Assembly: GCA_002256025.1 (NCBI GenBank)
Contig: NKIB01013278.1
Span: 1-60,711 of the forward strand
Length of the DNA stretch: 60,711 nt
Reading direction: 5' to 3'
Source of the DNA: Asterionella formosa
Taxonomy: Eukaryota
Part shown: positions 12,589 to 25,521 of the stretch, one piece after another
How positions within the stretch are numbered: the first letter of the stretch is position 1
Layout: each line of letters starts with the position of its first letter
The notes under the pieces: generated by a model
Told to the model about the DNA's origin: nothing
The model's database searches: none
Seen by the model: the letters and a program-made list of their open reading frames with translations, nothing else
Translations under genes and position numbers: made by a program

Positions 12589-13410
12589 TCATGTAATAGG
12601 AGCAACCAAAGGGTGCCGAAGTGGCACCATTACAGTTGCAACTGGTACTGCAGCATTGCCATGCATCATGGTGTCATAGTATCTGTTAAGTAGAAGTTGC
12701 TTCATTGTTGGTAATGGAAGATTGCAAGCTTGCTTGTACCATGTTGCCATTGTTTTCGTTTGCGCCACTATCCACTCTGCTGGCTCTTTTTTCAGTGTTC
12801 TGATTGCATAAACCTTGTTTGCAAGCACTGTGTGTGCATCTATTTTCTTATTCTCTTGCTCACTCTGCACTTCTTCTGTATACCTTTTCCTTTTTAGCTG
12901 GTCATTTACCACTTCAAGACCCAACAAGTACCTGCCTGCAGCGACATGAAGACCGGCTGTGTATCGTTTATTGCTTGCAATCGCCCTTAGTGCTGTATCT
13001 TTTTTGTTGGCAGGCAAGTTCATCCAGATTTATTCCATTTCTAGCAGCATCCTCAGGATTGCGATACTGTACAACCTGATCAATGAGGGTTCCAGTGATG
13101 CCTTGGCTCAAGTTTAGTCGGATAGGGGAATGAAAGAGACTGGTTGATTGTTGTTTGCTTCTGTTTGCAGATTCCAGGAACTTGTTAGTTGAATTTCTGG
13201 CTGGAGCAACAAGTTGTACCGGTAGTTCAATGGACCCCAACCTTGTTCAGCACCAGCTTTTTGGTTTGTAGTAATACAAGCAAAGGATGGATTCATCCCA
13301 AGCTTTCAACACAAGATCAACAATGTCATCCTTTTCAACAGCAAATGTAGCACGGCGCCTTTCCTTTTGGGTGAGTAACTCGTCCCTCTGCATTTCATTA
13401 GTGCCATTTT
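12589..13410 (-). mobile_element. Second decayed pogo-like transposase relic (C-terminal part)
   Basis: Frameshifted pieces align with 430-1200: GWGPLNY, LNLSQGITGTL vs LNLTDGYSGSL, RYTAGLHVAAG vs RITAGLHFAAG, WYKQ..LP.MKQLLLNRY vs WYKR..VP.TRQQLLQRY. Confidence 0.75.
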
Positions 13411-13825
13411 AAATAAGCAACACTACAGTCTAATTCAAAGAATTAGGCATCACCTGTTACTTTTTGGATGGTTGAGGCTGCTTTCTTGGTGTAGGTTTCA
13501 TCGTTGTTAAGGAGATGATCGCGATTTGCTTCATTTTGTGGTGTGCCGGACACAATTTCTGATATGCATTGCAGTCTCTGACATAAATATGGCGCGACTT
13601 TTTCCCATCAAGAAATATTGCATTCATTTACTTAGAGTGACTAATTGATTCATTTCTTTCTATATGTAGTAGTACATTGTCCGTGGCAGTTAAAATATGT
13701 TTGTGATTGATGGCCGTTCACTGATTCCCAACACTGCGACAACTCATCCTATTCTAAACATCACCACCAGTGAACACGCATCTCTCCCTCTTTCGTGAAG
13801 TACAACCACCTATCCTACAACAGAA

Positions 13826-15304
13826 ATGGACGCACATGAACTGCTATCCTCTTTTCAAGCTCTCAAAATCCCTAAAACTCACGCTTCTGTTGGCATCGCC
13901 AACCTTATCGCAAGCAACAATCAATACAAAACTCTCTTTGTCAATCGACGCCTTCCAGATCAGGGTTGGAGCGATGTGCAGATCCAATCTTTCATATTCA
14001 TGCTTGCCACACTAGACACCAACAACAAGGGAATGAATGGACGGTGGTGCGGTGTGGGGGAACGTGAAGGGCGAGTCTACTCCTCGCTGGTGGCTACTCG
14101 ACATTACGGCCTGTCGCATGGCATGGGCCGATCAGGGGACATTACAGAGCCACAGCCCAAGGCTCTGGGTTCGACTGTGCTTGTCAAATTGACGCTATTA
14201 CTAGTCATGGACGCCATACGACGAGCCACTGGACTCGACGCGAAAGGGCCAGCCAAACACGGGATATTGCTACCCCTGTGTACTGGCATGTCCATGGCGT
14301 TAGTACTTTCCACTCTCAGACAACAAGGTGATGGGTCAATTAAGAATGTGGTATTATGGAGTCGGATTGACCAAAAGTCATGTTACAAGGCCATTTTGAC
14401 AGCTGGCTTTAAGTGTGTAGTGGTGCCGACAGAACTGCAGGGGGACCAAGTGGTGACGGACATTTCCGCCATGGAGCGTCTCCTCCAACAATACGATGGC
14501 AAGGTCCTGGCTGTCATTACTACCACCTCCTGCTTTGCTCCTCGCGTTCCGGACCGAGTTGATTTTGTGGCCAAATTGTGCGCCGCTGCCAATGTGGCAC
14601 ATGTTATCAACCACGCCTACGGCTTGCAATGCGAAGCCACCTGTAAGTTACTCAATCGAGCCACAGTGGTGGGTAGAGTCGACGCCATTGTTTGTTCGAC
14701 GGATAAGAATTTCTTAGTACCCGTCGGTGGCGCGATTGTAATGTCGCCGAATGAAGGTATGATTACCAATCTGGGGAAAGTCTACGCGGGTCGAGCATCG
14801 TCAGCGCCAATTTTGGATTTATTCATTACGTTGTTATCCATGGGGATGCAAGGATATAAACGACTTTTGACAGAGAGAACAAATATGCTTGAGGAATTTG
14901 TTCCGAAACTGCAACAAGTTGCGACAAAATATGGAGAACGACTGATTGATTGTCCTGCCAATACAATATCCTTTGGAATCACTTTGGACCATCTCGTGAG
15001 ATCGAAGGGCATCGATGAGGACGAAGCTGTGTATCTCGAGTCAATTGGCGACGAAATTTCGTACTTTGGCGCCATGTTGTTTAATCGATGTGTCAGTGGA
15101 ACTCGAGTTATTCCACGAGCACAAACAAAAATAATGAGTGGCCAGGAATTCATTGGCTTTGGTAGCTCGACCGATCACTTTCCTCATGCTTACATGACAG
15201 TAGCATGTGCCATTGGTGTGACCAAATGTGAAACCGACGAGTTCTTTCGCCGATTGGACAAAGCCATGAAGGAATTTAGAAGCAAGCAACAAGGTCGGGG
15301 ATAA
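13826..15304 (+). CDS. SEPSECS: O-phosphoseryl-tRNA(Sec) selenium transferase
   Basis: Intact 492-aa ORF with GVGEREGRV, HGMGRSGDI, QPKA.GS, WSRIDQKSC, TTSCFAPR.PD and STDKNF (PLP lysine). Confidence 0.97.
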   Translation: MDAHELLSSFQALKIPKTHASVGIANLIASNNQYKTLFVNRRLPDQGWSDVQIQSFIFMLATLDTNNKGMNGRWCGVGEREGRVYSSLVATRHYGLSHGMGRSGDITEPQPKALGSTVLVKLTLLLVMDAIRRATGLDAKGPAKHGILLPLCTGMSMALVLSTLRQQGDGSIKNVVLWSRIDQKSCYKAILTAGFKCVVVPTELQGDQVVTDISAMERLLQQYDGKVLAVITTTSCFAPRVPDRVDFVAKLCAAANVAHVINHAYGLQCEATCKLLNRATVVGRVDAIVCSTDKNFLVPVGGAIVMSPNEGMITNLGKVYAGRASSAPILDLFITLLSMGMQGYKRLLTERTNMLEEFVPKLQQVATKYGERLIDCPANTISFGITLDHLVRSKGIDEDEAVYLESIGDEISYFGAMLFNRCVSGTRVIPRAQTKIMSGQEFIGFGSSTDHFPHAYMTVACAIGVTKCETDEFFRRLDKAMKEFRSKQQGRG

Positions 15305-15418
15305 TGTCGCAAGTCGCCGTCTTACACGCAATTCTAATTAATTTTTGCAAGGGCTGTAGACATGTGATCGACAATCATTCGCTTCATTAAAATTGTTGGC
15401 CTTCCGACCACTATTAAA

Positions 15419-16625
15419 TTATGCGGCTGCAATATCTACGGCTTCAGCAGTTTCAACGGCAAGAGCTTCGGTGTCTGATGCAGCCCGTTCGGTGGCCACA
15501 GTGGCAGCCAACTCAATAGCTGCAGCTTCAGCGGCGGCCAATTCAGCAGCAGCCAACTCAATAGCTGCAGCTTCGGCGGCGGCCAATTCTGCAGCTGCAG
15601 CTTCAGCAGCAGCCAACTCAATAGCTGCAGCTTCAGCGGCGGCCAATTCAGCTGCCGCAGCTTCAGCAGCCGCCAACTCAATAGCTGCAGCTTCAGCGGC
15701 GGCCAATTCTGCAGCCGCAGCTTCAGAAGCAGCCAACTCAATAGCTGCAGCCTCAGCGGCAGCCAATTCTGCAGCAGCAGCTTCAGCAGCCGCCAACTCA
15801 ATAGCTGCAGCTTCAGCGGCGGCCAATTCTGCAGCCGCAGCTTCAGAAGCAGCCAACTCAATAGCTGCAGCTTCGGCAGCGGCCAATTCTGCAGCCGCAG
15901 CTTCAGCAGCCGCCAACTCAATAGCTGCAGCTTCAGCGGCGGCCAATTCTGCAGCCGCAGCTTCAGCAGCAGCCAACTCAATAGCTGCAGCTTCAGCGGC
16001 AGCCAATTCTGCAGCAGCAGCTTCAGCAGCCGCCAACTCAATAGCGGCAGCCAATTCTGCAGCAGCGGCTTTGGCAGCAGAAGCCATCAAAATGCATGGT
16101 TAGAGAATGTAAAAGGTTGTGAAAAAACGATAAAACGGAAACAGGAACGACATCATAATAAATATATGTCAAGATCCTGTCATTTTGCGTACCTGCGGCT
16201 CTTGCTTCGGCAGCGATACGCTGTTCCTCCTTCATCGCGATGAAGGCAGCCTGCTTTGCCCTTTTCTTCGTAGCTGCAGCAGCGTCCAGAGTGTAATCCA
16301 CAGGTAAAGTCTTTCCGAAGATCTTAGCATGGGCGGACAGTTTCGTGAGCGTCTTTTTGCGCATTGTAACTCCTGCCTCGTTCATAAGGAACGGCTCAAT
16401 GGTTTTCACCATCTCGTCGAAAGTTTCGGCGGAAGCCTTCTTCATCATAACGTTGACTCTCCTCATAGACAATCCCGACGAAGAAGGAGCGACCTGGACT
16501 GCAATCTCGCCTTCATCCGCCATTTGAAGGCATTCGCGGTTGACCACGAAGGCGCGAGTCGCCGATGTGAATGCTCCTGTACTTCCGAGCAGAGTTGAGA
16601 AAGCGACTATTTTGATAACTTGCAT
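15419..16625 (-). CDS. Plastid-targeted protein with long Ala/Glu repeat tail (2 exons); paralogue of 19169-19837
   Basis: Exon 1 is 16625-16193 (leader STGA-F). Donor GTACGC, branch CTAAC, acceptor AAG at 16069 (an in-frame CAG 12 nt further on is also possible). Exon 2 (16068-15419) encodes AAAEAAA[A/I]EL repeats. Intron phase matches the paralogue. Confidence 0.8.
15506..16068. repeat. Coding minisatellite, 30-bp unit arranged as 60-bp dimers
   Basis: 16 consecutive decapeptide units alternate AAAEAAAAEL/AAAEAAAIEL (a few AASE variants), plus partial units. Confidence 0.95.
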
Positions 16626-19168
16626 ATTGATCCAAAGTTTTGCAGCAGAAAAAAGTGATAAGGTTCACTGATATGTTTGTATTGGTGGAAGTTGATTTTA
16701 CCCCTCCCGGTAAAATGTTTGCTGCCGTCAGTGATGCGTTGACGAATTTTCGTGGCGGCAGTCAGATTGGTCAAGTCAGCGTTGTCAACTCAGCGCTCGC
16801 TCAGGTGTGTCAAGGAAGGGGGCATCCTATCATGTAGCACGCTCCACACATTGTCTCTCCAATCTATCATTGTTTCGATTCAATGGATAATGCCGATTAT
16901 ATAGATATGTAGTGTATGAGTAAAATAAATTCTGTGGGAAGGCGGTGCATATCATCATCACATCGTTCTTGCCATTGGAATCTCCATTTGTGTCACAGGT
17001 TCCAAATAAGTGTATATTTCATTGTATCAGCACCAAGTACTGGGGGTACCCGGTGCTCGGAGTACCACCTTGCCAACCAGGTATTAGTCAGAATAAAATA
17101 TATTTTGAGGTATTGGTTTGTCATGGTTGTGGTCGACAACACCGTGAGTTTTCTTCTGGTTAAGCCTTACTGGTATACTGCTCCCGAAAATAACTCGACT
17201 CAAATTTCCTGTGGTATCTAATCATTAATTCCTATAATTTGTTACTATCATTTATCCTGTTTGTTAGGTCCTCACCAATGCTACCAAAAGCACCACCATT
17301 GTTGATCAGCTGATTGATTTAATGGTTTTCCAGTGTTATACTATGCTCAAGGGGTAATTCAATGGCCGATTTTTCCGAAAATTAGCAAGGAGTAATAGAA
17401 TTCTGGCACTGCCAGGAAGGGCTTTTTCCAAAGAATTTCTAACAACCCCCCAAAATGGAAATCCTTCACGGCACTAGGAAACAGCTTTTGAGTCACACTA
17501 CCATGTTAGAATTTCTCAGAAATTGAAAATTTTAGTAAATTTCCCGAATGCGATTTCCTGACCAATAAGCAAGGGCCTGAGAAGTGGCAGTTATCACCCT
17601 TTGATTTTTCTATGCACAATAACATTTTTGGAATTGTCAAAATTCCTTGGTGCATAACTGTCACATCTCCCACAAATGAGGTCTTACGCATGATAGATAA
17701 AGATAGAATATATCCATAAGTTGATCAATGGCTGTATCAAAGTTATGCAAATTGGTGGCATTGTTGAAAGCTAATATTAAGTTTAGCTATGTTTGGTAGT
17801 AGGAGGTGTAAACATTCTTGGGTTTGAAGTACATCATACAATGGTTTTGGTAAAATTCAGACCTCAAACTGCAAAGAGTAGGGGTACAACATGTATATCT
17901 ATATTATAAGCACTGATAGCTCTGTATTCACATGAAATACCAGTCCCTGCAAGAATATCTATCACTGGCATATCTGGTATTGTAGGAGGGTACCTGTTAC
18001 CCTAGTATGGTAGGCTACAGCTAACTTTAATATTATGGCTACTACTGTATTGCTTGTGTACTCTATGTACATGATATTCATACAGTTGAAATATATTTGA
18101 CAAATGCATACTGGAATATTACATAGAGTGATACAAAAATTTAATTATAATATTTTAAACTGTAAATCAGAAACAATGAAATGATACTAGCAATGTAATT
18201 GTAACCTGTGCAAAGAGGCCACAGAACTTTACCATGTCTTGGTTGATTGTTCCCCATCAAGTAGTGCATGCTGTAGATGTCCAATCTTTTCCAACTGGGA
18301 TGATACCAAAATTTATATCAAACACCCAGCCCCAAAACTTGCTTTAGCTTCTGACCAGTCCCAGTGATTGCATCTTCACTAGCTGTCACCCAGGACTGAG
18401 AGGGGCCTCATCCTTTGCCTTCTCCCACATTACACCACCACACATCCTGATGTTGAGTATGATGTAGGAAACTATGCTATATATAGTCACCAAACTGACA
18501 TTGGCCAAAAAGTCTAGTTGGTGCAAGCCACAACCTAAACCAAGAGAAATGCTTCTTTGATTTGGCTTTAGTAGGAGCCTCATTGACCAACTATCAAATA
18601 CCTGATATTTGGTCAACAAGGGAGCCATTGAAAGCCCAAAGCAAAAGCAAAAAATGATCTTGGTCAAAAAGGTGGCCAAAATATTTTTTGTTTTTTGACA
18701 AACATTATGCATCATGACATATAATAGGATGGACCAGTAAAGTCCATCCTGTTCTACCCACCAGATATTGGATTGATCAGAATCATGAAAAAAGCATTGG
18801 TTACACTCTGGTTGACACCTTGAGATAAAGTCAACTTAGGCAAAGTTTCCGGTGTACAAGACGAAATTGGGGCTGATCAGTTGTTGTTTCAGACTTCCTT
18901 CCAACAAGAATCGGCATGTCATTGCAGCGGTAGTGGCTACCACAGGGGCTATAATGTAGTAAATGGAAGCTACCAGTTCTGCCTAGGAATTACTGCGTTG
19001 TGCAATTGATCAATAAAGGCCGAAACAGGTTAAAAGTACTGAAATTGTCACATCCCTAGAATGTAGGTCCTCTTATAGTGGCCTTCTGATACATGTTAAT
19101 ACATCTACCAAAATGCAGAGAGTTCCTTCATCTCTGCCATCCCTTACTGTTTGCTCACTAGTTTTGGT

Positions 19169-19837
19169 TTACTCAGCAGCAGCTTCCACAACAGGAAGGA
19201 CTTCATCCTCCACAGGAGGGGCAGCTGCTGCCTCTGCCGCAGCGGCGGCTTCAGCAGCTAAATGAATACCGGTAGTTACGCAAAAAGCAGATATGACACG
19301 TTAGCCACATCATAGAACAACTCAGCATACAAAAGCAAAGGCACCCTTTATTGCACGTCGCAAATCAATTCACGTACCTGCAGCAGCAGCAGCCTCGGAG
19401 TCAGCAATGGCTTGGGCTTCAGCGGCAATGCGTGCTTCCTCTTTGGTAGCAATGAAGGCATCCTGCTTTGCGCTTCTCTTAGAGGTCGCAGCGGCACCGG
19501 TGGCATATCCGTCGGGCAAAGTCTTGCCGAAAAGCTTGGCCTTGGCAGTAAGTCTGCTGGTGGTTTTTTTTAGCATGGTAGTGCCAGCCTCGTCGATAAG
19601 AAAGGGCTCAATAGTCTTCACAATGTCGTCAAAAGTTTCAGCAGACGCATTCTTCATCATTCGGTGGACTGATTTCATGGTCAATCCAGACTTTGGTGGG
19701 GCCACCTCGACGGTGGCTTCTCCCGATTCAGTCATTTGCAAGCATGTCTTGGAAACACCGAACGCGCTGGGCGAGAAACTGAATGCAGAGGCTCGTCCGA
19801 GCAAGGCAAAGGAGGTGGCAATTAGATAAATACGCAT
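19169..19837 (-). CDS. Plastid-targeted ~182-aa protein (2 exons); paralogue of 15419-16625
   Basis: Leader GRASA-F. Exons 19837-19378 and 19257-19169 (GTACGT...TTTAG). Core ASAETFD..VKTIEPFL..EAG.TM.KKT is shared with the neighbour. Confidence 0.85.
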
Positions 19838-20575
19838 AGTATGGACAGGTTGATTTAAACAGTATACCTGGTTCCAGGTAATTGTTCTTCAGTAGTATAT
19901 GTGTGGCGACTGACGATACAAATAATAAGGAGCGAGTAAGGCGTTGATTGTTGATGTGTGGAGGAAAAACAGCCAAGCTCCAGAGGTCGTCAACTACCGG
20001 TACGGTGAACGTCCTCTCGGCGTGCGTCAAGAAGAAATCCAAAATCATGCTTATTACGATCTGCCATGATGTCATGCTCCTGGTACGTATGTCTGTCCGA
20101 TAGAGCTACGTCGAGCCGAAGCAAATATATTTACTGTCAATGTACAGAGCGTTCAATTTTTGTACGTACTCCTGCTGTGTGATTTAAAAAAAATACCGTA
20201 CGAGGCACCTGGTCCCGGGTTACGAGTTACTAACCTAGGAACAAATCCGGTATTGATAACTGTTATCATGTTCACTATGAATATTATGGTTGACAAAAGC
20301 TCGAAAATGAGAATAAGATGATGGCGTTCTTTCTTGTTATGAACCATTGCAGCCTTGACTAGGATCCACGACAATGCCCAATTTTGAACGCAGCATGAGA
20401 TTTCGAAAAAAAAACATTTGCAGTTAATCTCGTGAATTCAAACAATCCCTTAGTCGTCTGACTTCCTCGTACCTGGTAGTTAGTAGGTATAAGATACGTA
20501 TTATGGGTAATGACTTTTCAATTACCTGTACCCTGTTACCAGTATGCATGTACTGTACCTTGTACCAGTACCTGG

Positions 20576-20749
20576 TGTTTAGGGGAACCTTATCGTGAAT
20601 AAAGGTGAACTAGCTAGTACAATATTATGACTATTCTATTGCCGTTTTGAGTACATTGTTATTAGCGCTCACGCATGTACCTAATCTGGTGGTTACGCTG
20701 GTATGGTTCGTATGGCGCATGTACGGAGTACCATACTCAGATATTAACA
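20576..20749 (-). repeat. 3' LTR of the copia element
   Basis: Direct repeat of 25522-25697 with TG/CA ends, several substitutions and small indels. Confidence 0.95.
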
Positions 20750-23700
20750 CACCCTCACCAGCAGATTCAGGCAGAAGTTCAGGAGGAGAAAGTGGACAAC
20801 AAAACGCAGCATGGGTGGAGGTGGTAGCAGCATCAGAAGCCAAGCAACAAGCATAATAGTTAGGAGTAACAGGGAGGGATGGAGAGCAATGGAGATAGCA
20901 GGCGCATCAAAGTACGATGGGAACAAGCGGGGTGGTATTTAGTGAAATAATCGGCATGATTCAAACTGCCTTCAGTAAACAAGAAATTGGCCTTGGCGAA
21001 CCTGATCACGTACCCAGTAATAACGCATATCCATACTAGCTTTGGAGCATTTTAGTCGCACTGTATCATTAGAGATTACGCTGGCAGTGCTATTATCGGT
21101 GACAATATGGATAGAAAATTGCTGTTGAGCGCAATAACTAGGTGCATTCCAGGCATGGGGGGGGGGGGGGGGGGCAAATTGGGGGGGGGTGGGGTGGGTG
21201 GGGGTGAATCGTTGTAGAGCATGAACAATGTAGCAGGAATAGTGAGGTCAACGGTGTGGTGTTTGTAGTCCCACATCACATCAGCGTGAGGCCAATGCAA
21301 CCATGGGAGCCAGTCCAATCAGTGGTGAGACGGTATTTGGTGCGTAAAGTGGTGAAGAGACGTTCCACGTCACAACGTTTGGTGTAACGTACACCAAAGT
21401 CATCAACATCAAGCGAAAACATGAGATCACTGGTTGTATCCATCCATAGTAGGCCAGGAGTGACTGGGCAGGGGAGGTAATTTTGCGGGAGTAACAACTG
21501 GGCAAGTTGATCATTGGCAAGTTTACCAGCCTGAGGCAGCCCATACATGCCGCAGCGGATTTCGGCGTAGACGTGCCCATCAATGATTTTGGTAAATAAG
21601 TTGTAGAGGGTTTGGATGTGTGCGGGAATCATTGTTCATATAGGGATGCGCACATCTTCATAATCGGCGGGGGCAAGATGACTTTCGAGATAAAAATCAG
21701 ATAAATCCAGAGTCATGAAGCGGCCATTGGGGGTACTAATGGTGCTGTTAAACAAACATTTTGCAGTAGTGAGATCAGCAGTCTTGGTGCTGACATTACC
21801 AGTGTAAATCACATGATCACCCCCAGCGGTCCAACAAATGCGTTGGGGAATAGTTTTTCCAGGGCGATCGGCACACACAATGCGGATATAAGTGGCGCAT
21901 TTGTGTGTAAGCATGTTGTGTTTATGAATGAAAAAACAGCAATTAGTACCCGTTGGCATGGCGGAATGGGGTCCCAAGCCCTGAAATAACCGGCCAATTT
22001 CCAAGCCGTTGGCAGTGGCCCACAGGGGAGGAGTGCTGCAAGTCAATAATTCCTTATAGCCAGCAATTTTGCCATTGTCAGGGTTGATAGCGGTGCCATG
22101 GAAACAAAAATCAGTGACCATGGGAGTAGCACTGGTGAGAGGAGGGGCGGCGAGAGCAAAGTTGGCAAGCAAAGATGGGGTGTGGGGACTGTCAACATGA
22201 GGTGCAGCACGTTGTGTGTTTTTATAGCGACGGCGGCTCTTGGGCACAGTGGTATTTTCGTATGTGACCGTAAGGGAAGGTGGAGGAAGACTGGGCAGCA
22301 CAACAGCATCTCGATAGGAGCGAGGGGGTGTTGGAATGAGCGTGAGGCCACTGGCAGTAGGGGACTTAGGGTTAGGTGTAGGGTTAGGGTTGTAAGCAGG
22401 GTGAGCGAGGAATAGGGTTAGGTGTAGGGTTATCAACACTCGGGCCTCAACACTCGGGCCGGTAGGGTAAGGGTTAAGCACCCTCAATGGTTGGACATCG
22501 TTAGCAATGGCTGGAGGGACCGGGAGAGGTGTACGGGCATCAGGATCAGGGATAAGGTGGATGGTGGATGCTGTTGGTGTAGCTACTGGGCACCCTCAGT
22601 GATGGAACATGGCTACACAGTGGGGTGAGACCAGGAGGTGAGAGAAGTTCGAAGAGCTGGTGGAGAGCAGCTTTGTGGGTTGCTGCAGTGAGGGGGGCAA
22701 TGGGAGACCGAGTGGTTGGGTGTAACAAGGCATAGGCAATTTCCTGCAAACTGGTTGTGATGAGGTCAGTGCTGGAGGAATTACAAGGTAGGTGGACTTT
22801 GGTCGGAAACCACAAGACAGACAGTAACGCAGATGCGGATGGAACGTGTGTCCCACATCCAGATGCGATAGCAGGAATAGTAATCCACAGCAGGGCCAAC
22901 ATACCAGTCATCAAGAGCACGCAGAGCCCATGTTGTGCGGTGTTGTGGCTTGGCATGAACAAGGACCCGACAGCCTGGTGGAGCCAGGGGGACATGCTGG
23001 TTGTAATCATAAGTTCCATTGACCTGTTGTGCCCAAGTTTGGGGTTGAATCTAATAGTTGGTCCCACAAGTGTAGAGGAAAGTCTTTGTCGACACCGCAT
23101 AGGCCGGCAATAAAATGGTTTTGAAAAGAAGTGCGAATTGCACATGATTCAGCAGCATTGCGACGATGGAAAGCTGGAGGGACCAACTGAAAATCAATTG
23201 CTTTGGCATCCAAGAATTCTTTGAGGAGTGTAGAACACTCATTGTCCAGGCATTGAAGTTTGGGACGAAGGCCAGCTTTGCACAAGCTTTGGTGTAATTT
23301 TTCACAAGCAGCAAGGAGGCAGGAAGCGGTTCGGTTATGAAAAGGCTGAACGAAAATGTAATTGCTGCCATAATCATATAAGACCATAATGTAGTTGTTT
23401 CCAGTGCTGGAGGGGAGGATGAATTTGCCGGTTTGATCGGTGTAAATTTGGCCTGTGGGTGCAATAATGGACGCAAAGCACATGTTGGTATTGGTTGTCA
23501 GACCCTCAGGGTGGAAATCAGAATCACCCATGTTGTTAGGAGTGGACCAAAGTTCAGGCTTGATGATAGTGGGGGGGGGGGGCACACATGTGGACCGTAT
23601 GGTGTTTGATCGAGGTGGCCTTTGATGGTTGCGATGGAATGTGGGGGATGTTTGCGGAGTGTATCTAAAGTTAGACCTGGAAAATTGACAAGATACCCAT

Positions 23701-25521
23701 GGAGTAATGCTTTTTCCAAAGTACTAGAGATAACAGGAGAAAAGAGGGCCGCATGGGCAAAGGCGACAAGGGCTGGGGCAGTGGGACTGCCAATGGCAGT
23801 AGCAGCGTAGTGTGCTGGGGTACGCAGTGGTGGATCAATAGTGGCAGTGGTGACATGCCATAATTGAGTGGTGGTGGAGCGATGGTCCTGAAGGATGTAA
23901 TGACCATTGGACATGACAGACATGTGCGTTTTTTTGAAAAGGACCTCGTAGCTGGAGTCACATAATTGTCCAATGCTCAAAAATGAACAATTGTGCAGGC
24001 CAGGGAAAAATGTGCACATGTCGAGCAGCGGGTAAAAGCATAAAAGCATAGGTAAATTCAACTCAGCCTCGTGTGTGGATGCAACATGGTGACCGTTAGG
24101 AAGTTGAATAGTGATAGGGTTGGTGGTAGGTCATGTGTTGATGACAGGTAAATCAACAGTGGCGTAATTGCCAGAACTACCAGAATCAGCGGTGAGTGTG
24201 ATGGGGGGGACAAGTGAGGATGGAAGTCAAGATAAGGTTGTGTTAATAGTATTATCACCAGCAACTTGCTCCCCTCCACATCAAGCATGTGTTGAAGGTG
24301 TCAGTGAAACATGGGGAGCGAGTATGGGTACCATCATTGAAAATACGAACACTGCCACCCATACTACGTCGATCAAGGGTGGCAGTGATTTGAGGGCCAG
24401 AAGATGGATGATTGCAAGTGGCACTGGTATGTTCAGGGTGTTTGGTGAGACCATGAGTCCAGCAATAACCTAATTGGACATTGTTGTAAATATACCCAGG
24501 AAGGACAGCATGAGCAGTGGCAGCAATCCCTGGCAGTGGGGGAGTTTCACTGGTAATGGCAGCATGGGCACCATGATAACCAGCGGTGGTGGCGGTGGCA
24601 AGGCGCAAACGTTCCTTATCGGCATGCATGAAATGAGGGCAAAAATAAACCCATGTACAGTCCATCTTGGCGCTATCACGCCAAGTTTGAATATTATGGG
24701 AATAAACACCAGCCTGTTCCAAAGCAGACAGAGTCAACCACATGACAGTACTGTCAGATAAAGTCTCCCCACCAGCATCGGCAATGGCACAAAGATGTTT
24801 GATGCGGACCCATAAATTTTCAAAAGGTTCATCTGGTGTCCATGCATCAGCCAAGCGCATGCGATTAAATTCTAAATCATCTGCACTCAAAGTTGCATAT
24901 GTAGAATCTAAGTGAGCAAGCAAGGCCACAACAGTGATGTCAGCATACCCAAAGGTATCATCTTCCAGAACGTTGTAGTAAGTAGGTTAAATGGCTGTTA
25001 GAATTTGTTGTCGGAGAATTTCGCGGATTTGGGATTAACGGCGGAATGCATCAAGGGAGGTGTCAAAGAGACGGTTGGCAGCTGTGATTTGTGACTGTGT
25101 AGCAGTTGCACTGTGCAGCGGCTGGGTGCTAGGATGTTCGGGCGGTAAAATGGTTCACCAGCGCGTAAGAGATAAGGAGCAGCAGCCATGACAATACCAA
25201 GAAAACCATTGGCACCACCACCACCACTGGTACAGTGGACAGAGCAAGCGTTGACGAAGATTTCCTTGCAAAGGCGGGTTATTGTGAGGGCTGTAGGTTT
25301 GCCCTCGATCGGCGTCAAGAGCGGATGAGGGAATGGAAAAACGGCAGAAACGAGTGGAGTCGTCATTGTGAAAGAAGGCCCGAGAGACAGCAGGGTAAGC
25401 AAACAGGCAGTCGGTGTTACACAGTCGTGTGTAAAAAAAGTGCTGACTTGCACCACCGACAAGAGCCGCAATGTCACCACCACAGGTGCGGACCAGGGAG
25501 AGAGAACTAATATTGTAGTTC

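Noticed and set aside
15393..16103. Plus-strand Ala/Ser/Asn ORF resembling a type I antifreeze protein
   Set aside because: It starts at TTG, has period 10 and no Thr ladder. It is the antisense shadow of the spliced minus-strand gene.
21157..21205. Long G runs (G-quadruplex-like)
   Set aside because: They lie in a broken part of the copia relic and are probably slippage or sequencing homopolymers.
22360..22480. TTAGGG-like telomeric repeats
   Set aside because: They are few, imperfect and inside copia pol, where they encode a Pro/Asn-rich linker.
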